Assembly: GCA_009780065.1 (NCBI GenBank)
Contig: WRAS01000001.1
Coordinates: 34,521 to 98,520 of the forward strand
Source of the DNA: Bacillota bacterium
Lineage (GTDB): Bacteria; Bacillota; Clostridia; Christensenellales; UBA1242
Length of the DNA: 64,000 nt
Direction: 5' to 3'
The notes beneath the pieces are model-generated. The model was not told the origin of the DNA. It searched no databases and was given only the letters and a program-made list of their open reading frames with translations. The translations under genes were made by a program, and so were the position numbers. Positions 9,135-18,800 of this stretch are shown piece after piece. Within the stretch, counting starts at the first letter, position 1, and each line of letters begins with the position of its first letter.

Positions 9135-9368
9135 ATGGAAGCACAAAGTATAGACAAAAAATTAATAGCAACCAGTTTAATCACAGCAGGTGCACTGGGA
9201 ATAGCAACAGTTGCCCCATTTGCTGGTTTGGCAATTATAGCGGGTGTGGGTGCACATGTTGCAAATGAAATAATTGGTGGCGGAGGAGATATTAACCAAG
9301 ACCAATTCGGGCAAATGCTGGATACGGCAATCGCCCAGCGACAATCAGAACCAGAATTGGTACGATAA
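9135..9368 (+). CDS. Hypothetical small membrane protein (77 aa), glycine-zipper-like hydrophobic hairpin
   Basis: AAAGGA Shine-Dalgarno 6 nt before ATG 9135. Hydrophobic stretch LIATSLITAGALGIATVAPFAGLAIIAGVGAHVA followed by a GGGG run. Confidence 0.5.
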   Translation: MEAQSIDKKLIATSLITAGALGIATVAPFAGLAIIAGVGAHVANEIIGGGGDINQDQFGQMLDTAIAQRQSEPELVR

Positions 9369-9397
9369 AATGAAAATTCAAAGGGGGAGATAATTAT

Positions 9398-9646
9398 ATG
9401 GCAAACATATCAATGGACGAGGCAAAGAACGCGCTTATGATAGGTGTACGCTCTACATTGCGTGCAATTGAAAACAGAACAGGCAAAAAATTTGCAAAAG
9501 ATGATTTACTAGCTGTCAGCAAGGTTATAAAAAAGAACCTATTTAACGAAGCCGGCTCAATACTTGCCAGCGAAAAATTCACAATGCAACAGGCCATCGC
9601 AATTGTGGACAAAGCGGTAGACGACGTAATTGCCGAATTTTCTTAA
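9398..9646 (+). CDS. Hypothetical protein, 82 aa, helical
   Basis: Strong Shine-Dalgarno AAGGGGGAG upstream of ATG 9398. No recognisable family. Confidence 0.55.
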   Translation: MANISMDEAKNALMIGVRSTLRAIENRTGKKFAKDDLLAVSKVIKKNLFNEAGSILASEKFTMQQAIAIVDKAVDDVIAEFS

Positions 9647-9739
9647 TTTTGTGGCTCCTTAAATCATATAACTATTGACAAATACGATAAAATCATATAT
9701 AATAACTATATTAAATATGAGCAAAAAGGGGAGCCAACT

Positions 9740-10972
9740 ATGAGCGACAAGATTAATATTCCAGAAAGACGCCTTAGAACCTTGCAGCGTCAAGCTGAAC
9801 ATGTTGAAGATTTAGAAATGCGTGACATAGCAGATGCCGCAGCTTCTCTTAGAGGGGCAGAGGGTGCGAGGGATATTAACGCATTTAGTCCTGAAACACG
9901 TGAAAAAGCAAAAAGTTTACGTATTGCCGCACTAGGTCGTATTGATGAAGTAATCGACCAGGTGTATTATGCCCCCCCACCAGAGCCCAAGAAAGAGAAG
10001 GTATCAACAGGTGGTGGTCTTACAACAGAGGCCGATGTTATGAATGTGCTGAAAAAAGATCGCAGTGCAAGAAGATGGGCAACAGCCAAGGGGGCAGCAT
10101 TGATTGGTGCGGGTGTTCTTGCTACACTTGTGGCAACTGGTTCCTGTGCACCAATGCGAGAAGTGCAACAACCACAGCAGCCACCGCAGCAAGAACAACA
10201 AACCCCAGAGCGCGAAACAGTCAGAGAAACAATCATCAGAGAAGTTAACCGTTGGATTACGGTCGTTCGTCCAGGTGTTCCAGGGCCGCAAGGTCCGCAA
10301 GGCCCACAAGGTCCGGGTGGCGGAGGAGGGGGTGGAACACAAACCCCAGAGTATCCAGGTCAACCAGGCGACCCAACAACCCCAGAGTATCCAGAAGATC
10401 CAGAATATCCAAAAGAGCCAGGGGATCCGGAAAAACCACAAGGTCCAGGTGGCGATGGAAGTATATATCACCCAGAAAACCCACCAGCCGAAAAAGAACC
10501 AGGTGACCCAGAGGTTGAGGTAAACGACCCAGATCTTGATGTTGATGTATGGGACCCAAATAATCCGCCAGGCGGTGACAAGGGTGACGACGATGATATC
10601 TTCTTTGAAGATCCGCCACCACCACCTCCACCAGGCAGCGGAAACAGTAATGACAAGGATGACGACATGTTCTTTGAAGACCCGCCACCTCCACCACCTG
10701 TAAATACCCCAAACCCAGAGGATCCGATTGTTCAACCACCGCCAGACCTTCCAATCGAGGAATGGCCGGCTCCAACACCGCCTCCATATATTCCTGCTCC
10801 ACCGTATGTACCAGCACCACCTCTACCAGATGGTCCACACTTTGAAGACCCACCAATCGTGGAAGCACCGGGTATTGAAACCGAAGTATTTGTGGCATCC
10901 AATGCAAGGCTTACAACCTTTGACCCACGAAATGTGGATTACGATAACTGGGATTACGACAGAGAGAACTAA
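9740..10972 (+). CDS. Bitopic proline-rich protein (410 aa) with TonB-like rod architecture
   Basis: Promoter TTGACA near 9675 and Shine-Dalgarno AAAGGGGAG. About 110-aa cytoplasmic N-terminus, TM GAALIGAGVLATLVATG, then a Q/P/E-rich region with GPQGPQGPQGPGGGGGGG, PEYP/EDPEYPKEPGDPEKP, and two DDD(I/M)FFEDPPPPPP modules. Confidence 0.8.
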   Translation: MSDKINIPERRLRTLQRQAEHVEDLEMRDIADAAASLRGAEGARDINAFSPETREKAKSLRIAALGRIDEVIDQVYYAPPPEPKKEKVSTGGGLTTEADVMNVLKKDRSARRWATAKGAALIGAGVLATLVATGSCAPMREVQQPQQPPQQEQQTPERETVRETIIREVNRWITVVRPGVPGPQGPQGPQGPGGGGGGGTQTPEYPGQPGDPTTPEYPEDPEYPKEPGDPEKPQGPGGDGSIYHPENPPAEKEPGDPEVEVNDPDLDVDVWDPNNPPGGDKGDDDDIFFEDPPPPPPPGSGNSNDKDDDMFFEDPPPPPPVNTPNPEDPIVQPPPDLPIEEWPAPTPPPYIPAPPYVPAPPLPDGPHFEDPPIVEAPGIETEVFVASNARLTTFDPRNVDYDNWDYDREN

Positions 10973-10978
10973 TTTAAA

Positions 10979-10999
10979 AAGAGGCAATTGCCTCTTTTT
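10979..10999 (+). terminator. Rho-independent terminator
   Basis: Perfect palindrome AGAGGCAATTGCCTCT followed by TTTTT, 7 nt after the stop codon. Confidence 0.75.
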
Positions 11000-11051
11000 G
11001 CATGTATATGTTTATACATATTTTCACAACCTAGTGCCAAGGAGGTGTTAT

Positions 11052-11522
11052 ATGCATGACGAATTTGAAAGAATAACAATGAAACACATAAGAAATCGTA
11101 AAGGCGAAATAATCAAGCCATATCCATACGTAGACAGGGGGGAGGGAGCGATTTTAAAGATGTCAGAGCCTGAATTGCCGCCTAAGCGGTCTGTTAGCCC
11201 AAAAGGGCTGGCCGCGTTTGGGATTTGTGCGTTTATTTTTACGTTGGTATTTGCATCTATCATATATGTTGCGGTTCCAGGGGGGCAATCCGCCGCCACA
11301 CCAATGGCACATGAGAAGGTGATATATAACTATTCTCAACCAATAAAGTTCAAGGGCGAATATGCACAAAGACAATATGACCAAAAATTATTTCATACAG
11401 GCATTGGTTATATTCATACCGAAATGATTATGCAGGCAATACAAAAACGACTTCACGATAGAATGTACGAAAGGGTATATACACCCCAACCACAAACACA
11501 ATACAAGATAATATGGGGGTAA
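11052..11522 (+). CDS. Hypothetical bitopic membrane protein (156 aa)
   Basis: AAGGAGG Shine-Dalgarno 5 nt before ATG 11052. TM LAAFGICAFIFTLVFASIIYVAV. The track ORF from 10728 would cross the upstream terminator. Confidence 0.65.
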   Translation: MHDEFERITMKHIRNRKGEIIKPYPYVDRGEGAILKMSEPELPPKRSVSPKGLAAFGICAFIFTLVFASIIYVAVPGGQSAATPMAHEKVIYNYSQPIKFKGEYAQRQYDQKLFHTGIGYIHTEMIMQAIQKRLHDRMYERVYTPQPQTQYKIIWG

Positions 11523-11528
11523 TAGGGA

Positions 11529-11822
11529 TTATTCAATCCCTTTTTTCCCGTCAATTTTATTTAATCTATATTTTAAATCGGCAATTTCGGCTGCCATGTC
11601 TTTAATTAAACTTTGATATGCATCCTTTGAATTGGATGTATATTCGGCGAATTCTTTTTGAATTGCATTAACAACCTCGGAATTCTTGTTGATTGCTTTA
11701 CGCTTCTTGCGGAAAAGATGCAGGTGTGTCGCAATTGATGCTGCCTCCATAAGAATCAGTACCGACATTAATATAATTGAAACTGTGCTCATAACCGAAT
11801 ATCCTAGCACATGTATATTCAT
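11529..11822 (-). CDS. Hypothetical small membrane protein (97 aa), N-terminal TM plus coiled-coil tail
   Basis: TM STVSIILMSVLILMEAASIA, followed by a charged helical tail. Confidence 0.5.
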   Translation of the reverse strand: MNIHVLGYSVMSTVSIILMSVLILMEAASIATHLHLFRKKRKAINKNSEVVNAIQKEFAEYTSNSKDAYQSLIKDMAAEIADLKYRLNKIDGKKGIE

Positions 11823-11849
11823 CTTGTAAACAAAAATTCTGGCAAAAAA

Positions 11850-12770
11850 TTATTGACTAAAGGTTTCTAGTTTTCGTTTTACCAATTCTTTTACATGTGC
11901 TCGTGCCGCACCCAAATATTGGCGTGGGTCAAAGTGTTCGGGATTTTGATTAAAATATTCACGTAATTTTGCGGTGAAAGCAAGACGAAGGTCGCTGTCA
12001 ATATTTATCTTACGTACACCCAGCGGAATTGCTTTTGCAAGATTTTCTTCACCAATTCCGTACGCATTCTTAATCTTGCCGCCATGTTTATTTATTAATT
12101 CTACATCACCTGGTGTGACAGAACTGGCACCATGTAGCACCAGCGGAGTATTCGGAATTTGATCACGAATTTGTTCCAAGATATCGAATCGCAGGGTAGG
12201 GTTTGGTGCCTTATATTTAAATGCGCCATGTGCAGTACCAATGGAAACCGCGAGACTGGTAACCCCAGTTCGTTTTACATAATCTGCGACCACGCTTGGC
12301 TCGGTATATAAACTCTTTTCATTTACCACATGTTCTTCGATTCCCGCAATTTGCCCCAATTCGCCTTCGACACTTGCACCCGTTTTCTTTGCATAATCCA
12401 CCACGCGTTTTGTGATTGTGATATTATCCTCGTACGAAAGGTGGCTGCCGTCAATCATTACCGAGGTGAAACCAGCGTCTAGGCATTCTTTACAAATTTC
12501 GAAACTGTCACCATGATCCAAATGCAAAGCAATTGGTATTTTCACAGATTGGATAGCGGATTCCACAAGACCGACAAGAAAGGGCATACCTGCGTAATTA
12601 CGCGCCCCTTTGGATATTTGCAAGATAATCGGCACGCCAATTTCATCTGCGGCGCTGGTAACGGCTTGAATCAATTCCATATTGTTTACGTTAAAGGCAC
12701 AGACCGCCCTGTTGTTCTTGGTTGCCCATTGTAACAATTCGGCGACCGTGGATAGTTTTTTGTTTTTCAT
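11850..12770 (-). CDS. fba: Class II fructose-1,6-bisphosphate aldolase
   Basis: Motifs ALHLDHG, SVMIDGS, GELG, LVLHGASS. ATG 12770 (MKNKKLSTV) sits 8 nt after a -10 box. The longer track ORF begins upstream of that promoter. Confidence 0.9.
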   Translation of the reverse strand: MKNKKLSTVAELLQWATKNNRAVCAFNVNNMELIQAVTSAADEIGVPIILQISKGARNYAGMPFLVGLVESAIQSVKIPIALHLDHGDSFEICKECLDAGFTSVMIDGSHLSYEDNITITKRVVDYAKKTGASVEGELGQIAGIEEHVVNEKSLYTEPSVVADYVKRTGVTSLAVSIGTAHGAFKYKAPNPTLRFDILEQIRDQIPNTPLVLHGASSVTPGDVELINKHGGKIKNAYGIGEENLAKAIPLGVRKINIDSDLRLAFTAKLREYFNQNPEHFDPRQYLGAARAHVKELVKRKLETFSQ

Positions 12771-12778
12771 ATAATTGT

Positions 12779-12807
12779 ATACTAGCATGATTGGTATATT
12801 GGTGCAA
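12779..12807 (-). promoter_or_regulatory. Promoter TTGCAC-17-TAGTAT (TGc-extended) 8 nt before the fba ATG
   Basis: Read on the minus strand: TTGCAC 12807-12802, TAGTAT 12784-12779. Confidence 0.55.
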
Positions 12808-12812
12808 ATCAT

Positions 12813-12842
12813 TAGACAATGATTGTGTGTTTGTGCTATAAA
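12813..12842 (+). promoter_or_regulatory. Promoter TAGACA-18-TATAAA (TGc-extended) 7 nt before the glycosyltransferase ATG
   Basis: TAGACA 12813-12818, TATAAA 12837-12842, ATG 12850. No Shine-Dalgarno. Confidence 0.45.
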
Positions 12843-12849
12843 AAATTAA

Positions 12850-14825
<1,976 letters not shown>

Positions 14826-14848
14826 TCCTTTGATGTAAAACAACAAAA

Positions 14849-14870
14849 AGCGACCAGGCAGGTCGCTTTT
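14849..14870 (+). terminator. Rho-independent terminator after gap
   Basis: AGCGACC-AGGCA-GGTCGCT followed by TTTT. Confidence 0.8.
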
Positions 14871-14930
14871 AAAAATGTACAAAAGGAACAATCAAGAGAA
14901 GAATTTTGCCAAAAAATGTAATAATTTTGC

Positions 14931-14959
14931 TTGACAAAGAAAATTCTTAATTATATTAT
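14931..14959 (+). promoter_or_regulatory. Orphan consensus promoter TTGACA-17-TATTAT with no annotated gene behind it
   Basis: TTGACA 14931-14936, TATTAT 14954-14959. The next promoter begins about 100 nt downstream. Confidence 0.5.
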
Positions 14960-15056
14960 GGTCGGATAAGGCCGTTCTAGACCTTTGAAAACAAATGGCT
15001 ATTTCATTGCAACAGGAAACTGGTGCCTTTTTGTGGTTCAAATATTATAAAAAATG

Positions 15057-15085
15057 TTGACATTTATTACTGAATCTGTTAGAAT
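15057..15085 (+). promoter_or_regulatory. Promoter TTGACA-17-TAGAAT for the lipoprotein gene
   Basis: TTGACA 15057-15062, TAGAAT 15080-15085, followed by a leader carrying an AAAGGAGG Shine-Dalgarno. Confidence 0.6.
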
Positions 15086-15142
15086 GAGTTAACTATAGGC
15101 AAATTTAATCATAAATATAATTATTTAAAGGAGGTTTACATC

Positions 15143-15697
15143 ATGGACGAGAAAAAGAAAAAATTTGTGGCGGCTGGGCTTGCAATGGGTGTGCTTGGTT
15201 TGGCGGCGTGTAATGAGGCCACCGTCGCACCGACGCAACAATCAAACCCAAACCCGGGCGTGCAATACATTCACCCCGCCCAAACCCCAGATACCAGTGC
15301 CGAGGTAATTAGATTGCCAGGAGGGGGATCCCCAGACTATACAAACGAAACAAGACCAGGTACTGAGCAGGTAGTTGATCAAGAACCATTTGATGTTAGT
15401 ACTCTGATTGGAACTGGCTCAATTCAGGCACCATGTTTGCGTGAATGGGGTATGGAAGAGGTTCGTCGTGGGTCATTAGTAATTTGTACTAAAAGGGAAT
15501 GTTTGAATCCAGAGTGGGATGTTAATCACCGTGTCGGAGGTTTGGAAAACTTCTTAGATAGACAAGAAGAGGCTGGTGATCCAATTTCATGTCCGCAACA
15601 TATGGAAGCTGTAGTTAGGACACTACTTGATAGGCATTATCGTGAAAGTTTTTGTAAACCACTAGAAGAAGAGTCAGAACAATCACTTGGCGGGTAA
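15143..15697 (+). CDS. Lipoprotein (184 aa), Cys-containing C-terminal domain
   Basis: Signal peptide plus lipobox MDEKKKKFVAAGLAMGVLGLAAC. Classic AAAGGAGG Shine-Dalgarno. Five further Cys residues in the mature part. Confidence 0.8.
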   Translation: MDEKKKKFVAAGLAMGVLGLAACNEATVAPTQQSNPNPGVQYIHPAQTPDTSAEVIRLPGGGSPDYTNETRPGTEQVVDQEPFDVSTLIGTGSIQAPCLREWGMEEVRRGSLVICTKRECLNPEWDVNHRVGGLENFLDRQEEAGDPISCPQHMEAVVRTLLDRHYRESFCKPLEEESEQSLGG

Positions 15698-15733
15698 CAG
15701 ATTGCGTTATGGGTTAGAGTATTAAGTGATTTA

Positions 15734-15758
15734 AAGTAGCATTATCTGCTACTTTTTT
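15734..15758 (+). terminator. Rho-independent terminator after the lipoprotein gene
   Basis: AAGTAGC-ATTATCT-GCTACTT followed by a T run. Confidence 0.65.
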
Positions 15759-15760
15759 GT

Positions 15761-15789
15761 TTGACAAAATTTTCAAATGAATCTACTAT
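15761..15789 (+). promoter_or_regulatory. Promoter TTGACA-17-TACTAT ahead of the 1520-aa gene
   Basis: TTGACA 15761-15766, TACTAT 15784-15789. Confidence 0.55.
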
Positions 15790-15841
15790 TGAAATAGTCA
15801 TAAACGGGGAGCAGCGAACAAAATTCCTGCCTTGATGGGGG

Positions 15842-18800
15842 GTGGTTGACCTAAAGTTTGTACCTTTATTAGTGGGTGGTGTAGTTGCTGCTGGTCTCTT
15901 TGGTAGTAGGGCATTACAAGCTCTGATGAATTGGACTTTATTCCAAGAATTGTTCTTTAATATAACCCAATGGGTTGCGGGTATATTTTTTGGTTTTTGG
16001 CGTATGGTTGCGGGTGTGGTGGACATTATGGAAATGTTATTTTTGATGTTTGCAGGGTTAGAGGCCATCTACAGTGTCCCCGGCGATGTTTATTATGCAG
16101 GTATGGAAGGTGGACAGGGTGGAATAGGGGATGAAACCATGGTGTATTCAGAAACCCTTGTTACAATGATTATTCGTAGTGCAGTTGTTCAAAACGTATT
16201 TGGAAGCATGCTTGCTGTTGCAACCGTATTAATGATATTCTTCACAATTATTGTGCTTATTCGTAACCAATACAAAGAAAAAGACGGCGGAAACCCATAC
16301 CAGGTCATTTTTCGTATGTTCAAGGGGATGGTGATGTTCCTGTTTATTACCACTGGTGTTATTGTTGGATTGATGTTGTCTGGAATTGTTTTTCATGCCC
16401 TTAACATGGCAACGCGGCAGGGTGTTCAAACGCAAATGTCGGGGTTAATATTTCAATCCATGTCATTTGGTGCCAATCGTATGCGTGCACCAATTCCAGC
16501 GACACACCCAGATATGAATTTACAATTAAGAAAAATGATTGATGGTACTAATGAAGAGCAGAGAGACAGTGGAGGTTGGTGGCGAGAAGGCGAAATAGTA
16601 AGACATGGAACTAATTTTTGGGTACGACCAATGATTGAGGGAATGGATATGAGTGTTCCAGGTCATGAAGAGGGAAATTTTATTGTTATTATTCCACGCC
16701 ATTTAGAAGATGGGGCAGAAAACGTTGGAGTTATTGAGATACGTATGTTTTATACTACTATTAGTGTGTATCAACAAGGTCCTTCTCTGCCTGGTGGCGG
16801 GTTTGGACCAGGTACTTGGATGGGAATGCCTTCAATAGCAACGTATGTAGTTGATGAAAGACCTCAAACATATAACCCCCCAACATGCCCATCCTTTTTC
16901 TTTGGGTTGAGATCTACTCCAGAAAAAGAGCAAATAGGTAGTGTGGTGGATAGACAGCGTATCCATCGCAACTTTGGGGCACTGTATTCTGAGCGTAGCG
17001 TAATTCCAGAGTTGGGCAATTTTGAAACAAGAGAACTTGCAGAAACAGCAGCAGATGCAACTCGCCATTCAATTGCGAACGTACGTAAATTATTTTGGGG
17101 ATACTCAACCCATAGCGACTTGACGACTGTTAGCAATCCAAATGAAGGTCAATTTTGTGGCAGCAGTGGTAGTTGGGATGGACGTAGAGATCAAAGACTA
17201 GGCTATCTTCCATCTAGTCATGGATATATACAGGGCTGGGGTAGTGGAACATTTATGCGTATAGTAAGCGATGATAGTCCATATTTGAGTTTAATACATC
17301 AAATAACACTTAATTCAGAATCTAGTCCAATAGACACTACTATGGTTAAAAATTATACGCCTGCTAATCCAGTTCAAGGTTCTGAAAGATTTAGTACCAG
17401 AGGCGTTAGGTTTAACATAATTGTTCCATGTTTGTTTAATCTTGCAGGTGCAGACGATATAGAGATACTAATATCCGACGATCCACACCCTATAAGGGGC
17501 ACTCTTTTTGGTCCTGCATTTAGACTTGGTAATTATGCATATGAACAGGCTATTCTTTCTACTACTGAACTTGCAGGTATACCAGATAACCAAAGGGCAC
17601 GAAGGTACGCACAAATTGCTGCATGGATTGATTATCAGATGGCAAAAACCGTACCAGATTATTGGTTAATAATATCTGAAGAAACGGCAGAAGAATCGCC
17701 TGGGAGCATATATGCTGTAACGGTGATAGGAGCAATGACGTATAACAATACGGATGCGGTGGTCGTATTGTATTATGTCTTTGATATGGATTGGTTGATA
17801 GGGTGGTTGGGGATATTTATAATATTCGGTGTGATGTTGAATTTCACATTTGCATTGATCCAGCGGGTGGTGGAATTGGCGGTGATGTATATGATGTCGC
17901 CTATTACGGTCGCGATGTATCCGTTTGATGATGGAAATGCGTTCAGTAATTTATTTGTCAAACCGTTCTATAAAAAAGTTATTGCGGTCTTTGCGCCGGT
18001 CATTGCGATAAACCTGTTCTTTGTGATGTTCCCGGTGTTCCGTGGAATCCAATTCTTCCCAGAGGGCAATTTGTTTACAGGTACAATTCCAAACCTTGTT
18101 GCGCGAACATTGGTAATATTGGCATTGTTCAGCATGTTGCCGGCAATTCGTACCCAGGTGCAAAATATGTTGGGTGCAGATGCAATGCAACAAAAGAAAC
18201 TTGGCGAAGTCTGGAAAGAATCGACTGCCGCTGTATTCGGCTCTAAACTGGGTGCCAAGGTGGCCGCGGCTCCGAAGGGTGCTGTGGTTGGCGGTGCACA
18301 TCTTGCACGTAACTATGTTGGGGCACGCAAAAGTCAGAATACAGGTCAAGAAGAGAAACTTTCGCTTTCGGAACGCATGTCAATGGGTGCAGCCGGTTTT
18401 GGTTTAGGTGCAAAATCAAAGGCAGAAAGAGAGAAAGTTTTAAAAGACAAAAAAGATAAAAATGCCCTTAAGGAGGACTATGAACTTGCTTTTGGTAAAG
18501 GCTCGTTCGACAAAGATACCAAGGGCATGGATTCAAAGGCAATAGGGGAAAAACTTAAAGGTAAAGAAAAGGAAATTGCGGATGCAAGAGAAAAAAAAGC
18601 ATCACAAAAATTTGGAGAATTGGCTGATAAAAACCAGAAATTATATGGTAAAGATTATCGTGATGATTTAGTTGCACAGTTTGAAAAACTTAAAGGGGCC
18701 CATGGCTCTGCAGGTGCGTATGAAATAATAGCGAAAAAACAGGTTCCAGAGTTATACATGCGTGAAAAGGGAATGACAGACAAAGATAGAAAAGAATACG

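Noticed and set aside
10004-10907. Several long alternative-frame and antisense ORFs (10004-10735, 10257-10907, 10104-10523, 10252-10506, 10468-10668) overlapping the proline-rich gene
   Set aside because: They are artefacts of CCN/GGN low-complexity coding sequence, which is stop-free in several frames. Only the 9740-10972 frame has a promoter, a Shine-Dalgarno, a TM helix and a terminator.
10728-11051. N-terminal extension of track ORF 10728-11522
   Set aside because: It overlaps the 3' end of the upstream CDS in another frame and crosses the terminator at 10979-10999. ATG 11052 has an AAGGAGG Shine-Dalgarno.
15035-15046. GGTTCAAAT, reminiscent of a tRNA T-loop
   Set aside because: No acceptor, D or anticodon arm can be folded from the flanking sequence. 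It lies in an AT-rich promoter region.
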